Origin: an uncultured Acidobacteriota bacterium
GTDB taxonomy: Bacteria; Acidobacteriota; Thermoanaerobaculia; Multivoradales; JAHEKO01
Length of the DNA stretch: 64,000 bases
Direction of reading: 5' to 3'
Assembly: GCA_963713825.1 (NCBI GenBank)
Contig: CAVQNG010000003.1
Location: 1,312,001 to 1,376,000, forward strand
Shown here: positions 55,698 to 64,000 of the stretch, piece by piece
Position numbering within the stretch: the stretch's first letter is position 1
How the letters are laid out: each line of letters opens with the position of its first letter
The notes under the pieces: model-generated
Databases searched by the model: none
What the model was told of the DNA's origin: nothing
The model's input: only the letters and a program-made list of their open reading frames with translations
Position numbers and translations under genes: made by a program

Positions 55698-57805
55698 GGG
55701 AGTCCTTTCTCTTCTGCGCGGGCTCCAAGAATAGTCGAATCGAGGCACAGGGAACAGCCTTTCCGCGCCACGGTCAAGCCACTTTCGGGCACTCGAGTCG
55801 CAGGTTGTCGAAGGCCCCTCAGAAGTCGGGTCCGGTCAACCTCGTAGACCCGCACCAGAGGCACGGGTCCGAATGGCCCCTGGCGCATCTGTGGGGTCCG
55901 GAAGACCTCGACGAAGCCGCGAGGCGGAGTGGGTGCCGCGGTGGAGCTCTGCCCAGATGCAACAGCTGCAAACGCGAGTCGGGCGCCCACGGTGGCCATG
56001 AGTCGATCCAGCTGGATCGGTCGCCTGCCGTCCGACTCCTCGGGTCCGAGAAAGATCTGAGGATCGATGGTTGCAATCCGAGCGGCATGCTCGAGTTTCA
56101 GAAGATCGGTCTCCACCACCACCCAGCGAACTCGACGGCGCTGCAGCAGGGAGGCGATCTCATCGTCGTCCTCCAGGAAGTAGAACCGCACTGCGTCGTG
56201 AAAGCTGGGTTGACCGTGCGAGCCGAACGGGCTGGCGATCGTTGCTTTCTGTCCAATCCACTCGATCCAGTGCCCAGCGCTCCAAGGCCCCAGAACCGAT
56301 TCTTCAGCCGGTTCTTCAGGGTGTTTCCACGCGCTGGGTGGTGGGGCGGCAGAACGGAGAAAGAGGCAGACGCTGTCCATGCTGGACGCCACGACGGGCG
56401 CGGGGCGTCCCAAGAAACGCAGCCCTGCAAAGCCCGGCACCGGAACATAGGCCGCCAGGCAGGGCAAGAAGATCAGGCCGACGAGAAGGTAGGCTCGCCG
56501 AGGGCGGAGATCCACAGCGGCCTGTGAAGACCAACGGAACATGGCGAAGGCGGTAACAGACGCAACCGCGAACGCCGCGCCATGACTGTAGCGGGCCTGA
56601 AAGAGAGCCAGTCCCAGCGAGTAGGTGGCCCAGGTCAGGAGAAACGCTGTTGCCATCCGCGTCCTGCTGTCTCGCAGGAGCCACAGACCAATGATCGGGA
56701 TGAGCAGTGGGATCAAGGACAGGCGCACCAGAAGAGGCCTGAGGTCGGGCTGGCCGAAGAGCGACAGTAGTGGCCGGGATTCCGCGATGGACTGAAGCCA
56801 GGGCTCGGAGCGACCGAGAAAGGTCAGACCCGCCAGAAGAGGCGGCACGCAGATAGGTAGAAGAACAGTGAGGGCAAGGGCACTGATGCAAGCCAGAGCC
56901 AATACCCGTGACCGGCCCTGCTGCGATCTGCCGGTGGCTAGGGCAAGCAGGCTACCGGCCAGTGACAATCCCAGGAGTGCAGCGATTTGTAGCCAGGACA
57001 GTCCTTCATAGGAAGCTCCGTCCGAGGCGGTCCAGACACTCCCCAGGACGAAAGGGAGGACGATGATGGAGGCGCCAAGTCCTCCGAGGGCGATGCTTGA
57101 CCCGAGGCGTGAGGTGGACTCGGAGCGCCACCCGGCAGCCGCCGCCGATGCGACTCCGACCACCAGGAAGAGCCCTATGTGGATGAGAGCCCCCGGCCAG
57201 GTCAGCATCAGGGCGCTCAGCCAGGCGGCAGCCTCGATGGAGGTCTGTCGGACCGGCACGGGGTCGGATTGAGGTCGGGCCAAGGCACCGGCTATTGCTG
57301 CGAGCACACCGAGAGCAGCCAACTCGATCAGTGGATCGTGGTCCGAGGCACCCAGGAGGGTGTAGCGCACCACTCCGGGAAGCAACGCTGCCAGCGCCGC
57401 GCCGAGAACGGCTGTCCGGCGTCCAGCGATCCGTCTGAGCAGCATCGCCAGGATGAGAATCTGCAGGACGCCGAGGGCCGGGGGCAGGATGGCACTCGCT
57501 AATTCGACAGCCGACTCAGCACCTCCGGGCAGTACCTTGGCCAGCGTGGCCAGAAGGAAGTCGTACAGGGGTGCCCACACCAGGGGCGCCCCGTCAGGGA
57601 CATTCATGAGATGGTCGAAGTCAGGTACCCGTGGCCAGTCCAGCATGGTCAGCCAAGCACGGCGCAGATGGTAGTAGGCGTCTGTGCCGTCCAGAGTAAT
57701 TCCACCCGCCGTGAAGACCGAGCCCCAGGTTCCGAGACGGAGAACGGTTGCGACCAGTGACACCAGAATGAGGCTGATTGCGTAGCGCTGGCGACTCATC
57801 TCCAT
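55694..57805 (-). CDS. STT3/AglB-like oligosaccharyltransferase
   Basis: 'DAYYHLRR', 'GASDHD', multi-TM region, 'SIAE', soluble domain 'PWSAGHWIEWIGQKATIASPF' at the WWDYG position. Confidence 0.75.
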   Translation of the reverse strand: MEMSRQRYAISLILVSLVATVLRLGTWGSVFTAGGITLDGTDAYYHLRRAWLTMLDWPRVPDFDHLMNVPDGAPLVWAPLYDFLLATLAKVLPGGAESAVELASAILPPALGVLQILILAMLLRRIAGRRTAVLGAALAALLPGVVRYTLLGASDHDPLIELAALGVLAAIAGALARPQSDPVPVRQTSIEAAAWLSALMLTWPGALIHIGLFLVVGVASAAAAGWRSESTSRLGSSIALGGLGASIIVLPFVLGSVWTASDGASYEGLSWLQIAALLGLSLAGSLLALATGRSQQGRSRVLALACISALALTVLLPICVPPLLAGLTFLGRSEPWLQSIAESRPLLSLFGQPDLRPLLVRLSLIPLLIPIIGLWLLRDSRTRMATAFLLTWATYSLGLALFQARYSHGAAFAVASVTAFAMFRWSSQAAVDLRPRRAYLLVGLIFLPCLAAYVPVPGFAGLRFLGRPAPVVASSMDSVCLFLRSAAPPPSAWKHPEEPAEESVLGPWSAGHWIEWIGQKATIASPFGSHGQPSFHDAVRFYFLEDDDEIASLLQRRRVRWVVVETDLLKLEHAARIATIDPQIFLGPEESDGRRPIQLDRLMATVGARLAFAAVASGQSSTAAPTPPRGFVEVFRTPQMRQGPFGPVPLVRVYEVDRTRLLRGLRQPATRVPESGLTVARKGCSLCLDSTILGARAEEKGLP

Positions 57806-57900
57806 GTCTGAACCCAATCGGAATCGGCGAATGCAAGGCTACACCGTCCGAATCTCCTGGACCAACACGAACTTGCACCGTTAGAAGCAACAGAGGGGCA

Positions 57901-58040
57901 TAGGGCAGTTGTGGCTTAGGGGCCTAGGGGAATGGGAGGGGGCCCCACTGCCGCAAAGGTAGGCCGGAGGGACGACGGACTCCTCAACCCCCAAGCCCTC
58001 AAAGACCGGCCAAAGGTACGCCGGCCGCCTCATCCCCTTA
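57901..58040. repeat. Repeat mosaic: TAGGGG octamers + two hairpin units (minus strand)
   Basis: Contains CTCAACCCCCAAGCCCTCAAA, the reverse complement of the TTTGAGGGCTTGGGGGTTGAG linker. Confidence 0.8.
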
Positions 58041-59321
58041 CTAGGCGTAGCGAATCCAGCGCCAGAGCTCTCTGAGACTGGGCTTCTTGCCATACATCAG
58101 GATCCCGATCCGGTAGATGCGAGCACAGAGCCAGATCATTCCGCCGCACAGCGCTGTGGTGAGGAAGTAGCCAAGAAGGATCTGCCACGTGGGTGGCATC
58201 TTGACGGCGATCCTCAGCACCATCAGGAACGGTGTGAAGATCGGAATCAGGGAAGTGACGACGGCCAGGGTCGAATCGGGATCATTGAGAATCGGTAAGA
58301 AGAAAATCCATGGCAGAACCACAAAGATGACTGCGAGCGAGGCCATCTGCTGTGCTTCCTGGGGATTGTTGAAGGCCGATCCGATCATGGCGTAGAACGT
58401 GGCGTAGAAGAAGTAACCCAGGATGAACAGCAGGAAGAAATGGAGCACGAGAATCGGGGGCAGGGTGGGCAACTCGGTGCCGGCGGGCAGGAACGCCATC
58501 GCGGCAACGACCGCCGGCGCTGTGAGCACCGCCGCAAGAGAGAACCAGATGCCGAGTTGGGTCAGGCCAGCCAGCCCGATTCCGACAATCTTGCCCGCCA
58601 TCAGATCGAGCGGATCGACGGTCGAGAGAAGCACCTCCACTACCCTGGAGCTCTTCTCCTCCAAGACTCCGAGCATGACTTGTTGGCCGTAGATCAGGGT
58701 GGTGATGTAGAGCATCATGAAGACGGCGAAAGCCAGGGCGAAGCCTCCGAGGCCACCTTCCGCTCGGCTCCCCTCTGCCGAGATTCGTACGGTCTCCAGA
58801 TCGATCGAGCTGGACAGCTCGGCCACGATCTCCGGGTCGTAGCCTGATTCCACCAGTCGAACCTGTTGCACCGCTACTGACAGCGCTCCTGTCAGGGCCT
58901 GCTGGGTAATGAAGTTCGAGACGCTCTGGGCGTGGTATTCCACTCGGTTCTCAGCCAGCATCTCGGGGTCGATCCAGACCCAGGCCGCGATCTCTTCGTC
59001 GAGCACGCGTTGGTCGAGAGCCGCCCGTTGTGCCGCCGCATCGGTCTCGGGCTCGACGACCTCCAGGTCGAAGCTGACCTGCCCGGCCGTGCGCTTCGCC
59101 AAGTCATCGAGTGTCTCCCGGAGGAGGCCTGCGACCTCGTGGGTCCGGTCGACGACCGCCAGCTTCTGACTGGTCTTCGCCTTGGCCACCATAAGACTGG
59201 GAAGAACCGCCCAGGCCGCCATCATCACCGGCAGGGCGATGGTGCTGATCCAGAAACCCTTGCTCCGTAGGCGCGCCAGATACTCGCGCTTGGCGATGGT
59301 CCGAAAGTTACTCGGCCGCAT
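58041..59321 (-). CDS. ABC-2 type permease (NatB/YhaP-like)
   Basis: 'IAKREY', 'EEKSSRVVEVLLS', 'GKIVG', 'RIYRIGILMYGKKPS'. Confidence 0.9.
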   Translation of the reverse strand: MRPSNFRTIAKREYLARLRSKGFWISTIALPVMMAAWAVLPSLMVAKAKTSQKLAVVDRTHEVAGLLRETLDDLAKRTAGQVSFDLEVVEPETDAAAQRAALDQRVLDEEIAAWVWIDPEMLAENRVEYHAQSVSNFITQQALTGALSVAVQQVRLVESGYDPEIVAELSSSIDLETVRISAEGSRAEGGLGGFALAFAVFMMLYITTLIYGQQVMLGVLEEKSSRVVEVLLSTVDPLDLMAGKIVGIGLAGLTQLGIWFSLAAVLTAPAVVAAMAFLPAGTELPTLPPILVLHFFLLFILGYFFYATFYAMIGSAFNNPQEAQQMASLAVIFVVLPWIFFLPILNDPDSTLAVVTSLIPIFTPFLMVLRIAVKMPPTWQILLGYFLTTALCGGMIWLCARIYRIGILMYGKKPSLRELWRWIRYA

Positions 59322-60213
59322 CTCGGACCGCCTTGATGAAGATCTCTTCGAGATCCGGTTCTTGCGATCGAAACTCATGGACCGTGAGAAAGCCGACCAA
59401 GTCGCTCAGCACATCGGCACCACGGGTGTCGGGAGCGAGGAGCAGCTTGGCCGTCCCATCGTGGAACAGGGCCTGCTCGACCCCATGCACATCGGCGAGG
59501 CGATCCAGGTCACCTTCGGCGACCAGGCGGTAGGAGTTGCCACCCAGTCGTCGCTTGATGGCCGAGAGCTCTCCTTCCAGAATCGTGCGTCCGCGGGAGA
59601 TGAGGCAGATGTGGTCGCACAGCTTCTCGGCCTGCTCCATGATGTGGGTGGAGAAGATGATCGTCTTGCCTTGCTGCTTGTAGTCGGCGAGGAGATCTTT
59701 GAACAGTCCTTGATTGATGGGGTCGAGGCCAGAAAAGGGCTCATCGAGGATGACCAGGTCCGGGTCGTGGAGAATCGTGCCAATGAGCTGGATCTTCTGC
59801 TGCATCCCTTTGGAGAGCTCTTCGACCTTCTTCTTTCCCCATGCAGCGAGATCGACGCGCTCGAGCCAGCTGTCGATGGTCGGCAGCGCCTCACGCCGTC
59901 GAATTCCGTGCAGCTCAGCCAGAAAGGCCAGTTGGTCGATGACGGTCATCTTGCGATAGAGGCCCCGCTCCTCGGGCAGATATCCGACGCCGGCGAGGTC
60001 GGTTCGATATCTCGGATGGCCGTTGAGAAGCACCAGTCCGGCATCTGGGGCGATGATGTCCATGATCATGCGCAGGGTCGTCGTCTTGCCGGCCCCATTC
60101 GGCCCCAGAAGGCCGTAGATCGTCCCCTGAGGAACGGCGAAGGAGACCCCGTTCACGGCAGTGAAATCGCCGAAAGACTTGGAGACCGCTTGCAGCTCGA
60201 GTGTAGGCGTCAT
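59308..60213 (-). CDS. ABC transporter ATP-binding protein (NatA/YhaQ-like)
   Basis: 'GPNGAGKTT', 'GYLPEERGLY', 'LSKGMQQK', 'LDEPFSGLDP'. Confidence 0.93.
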   Translation of the reverse strand: MTPTLELQAVSKSFGDFTAVNGVSFAVPQGTIYGLLGPNGAGKTTTLRMIMDIIAPDAGLVLLNGHPRYRTDLAGVGYLPEERGLYRKMTVIDQLAFLAELHGIRRREALPTIDSWLERVDLAAWGKKKVEELSKGMQQKIQLIGTILHDPDLVILDEPFSGLDPINQGLFKDLLADYKQQGKTIIFSTHIMEQAEKLCDHICLISRGRTILEGELSAIKRRLGGNSYRLVAEGDLDRLADVHGVEQALFHDGTAKLLLAPDTRGADVLSDLVGFLTVHEFRSQEPDLEEIFIKAVRDAAE

Positions 60214-60387
60214 GGGCGATGGTGGCAACGAACTAGTTCTGGGATCCAGAGTTGATTCTACCCGGCAGCGAAGCGGTGGAAACAACCAGTACCTCGACAC
60301 GTAGGTGGCAAGGTGGTAGAAAGTGCGGACCTCTAGGAGAGGGCAAGGCTCGGTCGAGCTGCCCTCTGGAAACTTCCCCAGACTCGA

Positions 60388-62487
60388 ATGCGTTCGTTCT
60401 GCTTGCTGATCGCCTCTCTATCCATACCGCTGCCAGTACTGGCAGCGGTTGATGGTCTTGTTACGACGGATACCGGAACCCCGGTCGAGCATGCACGCGT
60501 GGAGGTCGCGGACTCCTCTCGTGTGGCTTTCTCGGAGATGGGCGGGCAGTTCCGCCTCGAGGATGTGGAACCGCCGCTGCTGCTGCTGATCACCCATCCG
60601 CGCTTCGTGACTCAGGCCCTCTCCATCGAGGCCGGAGATCCGATGCCGATTGAAGTCAGGCTGGCGGCGAAACAGGAGATCTACGAAGAGATCGCCGTAT
60701 CCGCCAACCGTGGGGAGGTCAACTTCTCACCCATCACGGTGGCGAGCAGCGTCGTCGAGGTGCAGGATGCGGCGACTCCGCCTGGCACCGTGACCGAGAT
60801 GATCGCAACGGTACCGACCGTTTCGGAGAACGGCCAGGGGGGGCTCCTCCAGACCTACTCGATTCGCGGTATGTCTCGCCAACGTGTCATGACGCTGGTG
60901 TCAGGGATGCGTATCATGGCCGAGCGGCGCGCCGGCGTCTCCGCGTCGTTCCTCGACCCTCTGCTCGTAAGCGCCGTGGACGTCGTGCGGGGACCCTCCT
61001 CGACCTACTATGGATCCGGCGCCATCGGCGGTGTCGTCCAACTGTTTCCCCGCTCGTTCGATTCCTGGGCTGTCGAAGCCGGCTATTCGGGTCAGGGTAA
61101 CGAGACCTTTGGTACCGCGGGTTGGGGAGGCCGGGGCTGGTCCGGTGGACTGGCCTATCGCACCGCGTCGGACAGCGAGACCCCGGAGGGTGAGACCCTC
61201 AATTCCGCTTTCACGCAGACCTCGGGCACCATGAAGAAAGAGTGGGGCTCCGGGCGGTACAGCTACGAGCTCTTGGGGATCGGTTCACTGGCCAGCGATA
61301 TTGGCAAGTCGAGCACGGATTTTCCAGAGCGCACGACGATCTATCCTGAGGAGCGCCATCTGCTGCTGCGATTCGCCATGACGGCCGAGAGCGGCTGGGG
61401 TCTGGAAGCGTGGGCCCATCCCAACGACCTGGAGACGGAAGTGCTCGAGGAGAACGTGTCGTTCTCCCAGGTCGACAACGAGGCGTTCGACCTGGGGCTC
61501 ACCTGGCAGCGACAGAAGACGCTGAAAGGTTCCAAATCGGTGCGTTTTGGTCTCGACTGGGTCGGCCGGCGCAATGTCAGTGCCCTCGAGAGCACGTTCG
61601 ACCTGGTCGACAACGAACAGACAGTACAGAAGACCCTCGACGACGGTGAGGAAGACGAGATCGGAGCGTATGGGGCTCTGGAGTGGAATTGGGGACGCGC
61701 GACGCTGGTGGCCGGCGGCCGACTGACCTATCAGAGGCAGTCCAACTCCGGCGATCCGAGCACCGATGATTCGGCAGCCAGCGGCTTCGCTGGTCTCGTT
61801 GTGCCACTGGGAGCTGGGTTCGAGCTGGTTGGGAACGTCGGATCCGGCCTGCGCTTCCCGACTCTGAGCGAGCGCTACTTCAGCGGCGTGACGGGCCGCG
61901 GCGAAGTCGTCGGAAACCCGAGCCTCGATCCGGAGCGCTCCGTCAATCTGGAGACCGGGTTGCGCTGGTACGGCACCAAGCTGTTTCTGTCGGGCTACCT
62001 CTTTCGCAACGACATCGACGACTACATCGAGCGCATCGAGGTCGAGCCGAACCTGCTCACCTTCGTCAATCTGACATCGGGCACCATCCAGGGGATCGAG
62101 GCCGAAGGGCACTATCAGATCGACGAGCACTGGAGCTTCGAGTTCGGCGCCCACCTGATGGAGGGCGACAACGATCAGGGTGAGCCCCTCGCCGACATCC
62201 CCGCCAACCGGTTCTTCCTGGGTGGCAGGTGGAGTCAGGGGGCCTGGATGGGTCGGCTGCGCTGGGAGGAGCGGGCTGAGAAGGACGATCCGGGAAGTGG
62301 CGAGAAGGTGATTCCCTCGGCCAGCCTCCTGTCGGCGGCGCTCGACTACGAGCTGCAAGAGGGACTGGTGCTGTCCTTGAACGGCCGCAACCTACTGGAC
62401 ACTTCGTACTTCAACTCGCCGGATCGCAAGGTGCCCTGCTCACCTGGTCGCTCGATCGGTGTCACACTACGCTGGCGACCTCAGTAG
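60388..62487 (+). CDS. TonB-dependent receptor
   Basis: Signal peptide, plug 'SIRG...VDVVRGPSSTYYGSGAIGGV', 'GNPSLDPERS', 'NLLD..Y', terminal 'PGRSIGVTLRW'. Confidence 0.92.
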   Translation: MRSFCLLIASLSIPLPVLAAVDGLVTTDTGTPVEHARVEVADSSRVAFSEMGGQFRLEDVEPPLLLLITHPRFVTQALSIEAGDPMPIEVRLAAKQEIYEEIAVSANRGEVNFSPITVASSVVEVQDAATPPGTVTEMIATVPTVSENGQGGLLQTYSIRGMSRQRVMTLVSGMRIMAERRAGVSASFLDPLLVSAVDVVRGPSSTYYGSGAIGGVVQLFPRSFDSWAVEAGYSGQGNETFGTAGWGGRGWSGGLAYRTASDSETPEGETLNSAFTQTSGTMKKEWGSGRYSYELLGIGSLASDIGKSSTDFPERTTIYPEERHLLLRFAMTAESGWGLEAWAHPNDLETEVLEENVSFSQVDNEAFDLGLTWQRQKTLKGSKSVRFGLDWVGRRNVSALESTFDLVDNEQTVQKTLDDGEEDEIGAYGALEWNWGRATLVAGGRLTYQRQSNSGDPSTDDSAASGFAGLVVPLGAGFELVGNVGSGLRFPTLSERYFSGVTGRGEVVGNPSLDPERSVNLETGLRWYGTKLFLSGYLFRNDIDDYIERIEVEPNLLTFVNLTSGTIQGIEAEGHYQIDEHWSFEFGAHLMEGDNDQGEPLADIPANRFFLGGRWSQGAWMGRLRWEERAEKDDPGSGEKVIPSASLLSAALDYELQEGLVLSLNGRNLLDTSYFNSPDRKVPCSPGRSIGVTLRWRPQ

Positions 62488-62508
62488 TCACTGCCCCGCA
62501 AAGCTGGT

Positions 62509-63264
62509 TCAGGCCTGGTTGGCCTCCTCCACGTGCTTCTTGTAGAGCTTCAGAGGCTTGCGCCGAGTCTTTCGTAGCCGCAGATTCAGGACTTCCACGA
62601 AGACCGAGAAGCCCATGGCGAAGTAGATGTAGCCCTTGGGGATGTGGAATCCGAGCCCATCGGCGACCAGCGCCATGCCGACGAGCAGCAGGAAGCTCAA
62701 AGCCAGCATCTTGACGGTCGGGTGATCTTCCACGAAGTCGCCAATCGGTTTGGCGAACGCCATCATGAAGAGCACCGCCACGACGACAGCGGTCACCATG
62801 ACCGGGATCTGCTGCACCATGCCGATGGCGGTGATGACCGAATCGAGAGAGAACACGATGTCCAGCAGCATGATCTGAACCAGAACGCTGCCGAATCTGG
62901 CGGTCCCTGCCGAGACCGTGATGTCCTCTTCTCCCTCCAACTTGTCGTGGATCTCGTGCGTGCTCTTGGCGAGCAGGAACAAGCCTCCCACGATGAGTAT
63001 CAGGTCCCGGCCGGAGACGCCGTGACCGAAGACCGTGAACATGGGCGAGGTGAGCCGAACGATCCAGGCAAGCGACAGCAGGAGCAGGATGCGCATGATC
63101 ATGGCGAGTGCCAACCCGATCATCCGGCCCTTCTGGCGCTGCTCTTCGGGCAGCTTGCCCGCCAGTATGGAGATGAAGATGATGTTGTCGATCCCCAGAA
63201 CGATCTCGAGGGACGTCAACGTGATCAGCGCGATCCATGCTTGGGGGTCACTCAGCCATTCCAT
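62509..63264 (-). CDS. TerC family membrane protein
   Basis: 'LEIVLGIDN', 'LDIVFSLDSVITA', 'IPKGYIYFAMGFS'. Confidence 0.93.
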   Translation of the reverse strand: MEWLSDPQAWIALITLTSLEIVLGIDNIIFISILAGKLPEEQRQKGRMIGLALAMIMRILLLLSLAWIVRLTSPMFTVFGHGVSGRDLILIVGGLFLLAKSTHEIHDKLEGEEDITVSAGTARFGSVLVQIMLLDIVFSLDSVITAIGMVQQIPVMVTAVVVAVLFMMAFAKPIGDFVEDHPTVKMLALSFLLLVGMALVADGLGFHIPKGYIYFAMGFSVFVEVLNLRLRKTRRKPLKLYKKHVEEANQA

Positions 63265-63803
63265 TCTTCTTCTCCTTCCAAATCGTCCGGCAGCAGGGCA
63301 TAGAGGAACAAGTCCATCAGCCGGCCATTCTTGAAGACACCCTTCCGGAGGCGACCTTCCAGGCTGAAGCCAGCCTTCTCCAGGACTCGACAAGAAGCCG
63401 GATTGATCTCGTAGACATGGGCTTGGATGCGCGCAAAATCCAACTCCCGAAAAGCCCAGCGGGTGAAGACCTGAAGAGCGCGGGTCGCAACGCCCTGTCC
63501 CCAGAAAGGTTCACCGAGCCAATACCCCACCTCGGCGGTGCGACGAAAAACGTCGTCGCGCAGCAGCAATCCGATGCCGCCGATCAGCTCGTCGGGAGTG
63601 GCGAGTGCGAAGCTGATTTCTGGATCCTGTTCGTGGGCTGCCTGTAGCCACTCGTGGGCCGCTTCTTCGGTGTAGGGGTGCGGAAAGTGGTCCAGGAGTT
63701 GGCCTGCAATGGCCGCGTTGTTGGCGTACTTCATGAGCGCTGCCACGTCACCGTCGTCGTAGCTGCGGATGAGGACGTCCCCTTTTCCGATGGGCAGTCT
63801 CAT
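63252..63803 (-). CDS. GNAT N-acetyltransferase (RimJ/RimL-like)
   Basis: 'FPHPYT', 'AEVGYWLGEPFWGQGVAT', 'NPASCRVLEKAGF'. Confidence 0.92.
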   Translation of the reverse strand: MRLPIGKGDVLIRSYDDGDVAALMKYANNAAIAGQLLDHFPHPYTEEAAHEWLQAAHEQDPEISFALATPDELIGGIGLLLRDDVFRRTAEVGYWLGEPFWGQGVATRALQVFTRWAFRELDFARIQAHVYEINPASCRVLEKAGFSLEGRLRKGVFKNGRLMDLFLYALLPDDLEGEEEWNG

Positions 63804-64000
63804 GAGGTTGTGGGGGTGCCCTGCGCGGCGGACGGATCGAGAACGGCGGCACCTTCGATGGTGCCGGATCGCAGTCGCTCGAGCGCCAGGTTGGCCTGGG
63901 TCAGTGGGAAGACCTCGATCTGGGACTGCACGGGCACACGAGGCGCGACTTCGAGGAACTCCTCTCCGTCTTCGCGGGTCAGATTGGCGACGGAGCGAAC
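63800..64000 (-). CDS. Zinc-dependent alcohol dehydrogenase family protein, C-terminal part (truncated by window)
   Basis: Hand translation VRSVANLTREDGEEFL...FPLTQANLALERLRSGTIEGAAVL; TGA overlaps the GNAT ATG. Confidence 0.8.
   Translation of the reverse strand, partial: VRSVANLTREDGEEFLEVAPRVPVQSQIEVFPLTQANLALERLRSGTIEGAAVLDPSAAQGTPTTS

Noticed and set aside
1-64000. Prophage, autonomous IS, integron or defence island
   Set aside because: No integrase, transposase, phage structural or recognisable defence genes among the ORFs.

Overview
GC-rich bacterial window of about 55 tightly packed, mostly unrelated genes. Gene content (Hanks kinase-TPR protein, VPS10/BNR hydrolase, sulfatase-fold lipoproteins, secreted proteins ending in an 'FxDGFESGD..W' tail) suggests Acidobacteriota, possibly Thermoanaerobaculia; this is inference. 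Recognisable genes include ychF, asnA, a LysM/BON protein, dodecin, a YtrA-type GntR/ABC operon with its operator, a NatAB-like ABC pair, a TonB receptor and TerC. I saw no rRNA, tRNA, transposase, integrase or CRISPR-cas. Highlights: (1) a compact RiPP-like locus at 17.6-20.4 kb with a PqqD/RRE, a 49-aa precursor (Tat-like and lasso-like leader, Ser/Thr-rich core), an internal terminator, an HPr-kinase-like enzyme and a nucleotidyltransferase, but no cyclase or leader protease; (2) a family of modular intergenic repeat mosaics at six loci, including four 151-152 nt copies of a strand-specific, covarying structured element, short tandem units with variable hairpins, and G-quadruplex-capable borders; (3) an orphan Dnmt2-like methyltransferase; (4) an STT3/AglB-like oligosaccharyltransferase with an altered WWD motif near Thr-type sulfatase-like lipoproteins; (5) a candidate four-way-junction RNA upstream of asnA. 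All family calls come from motif recognition by eye, not database searches.
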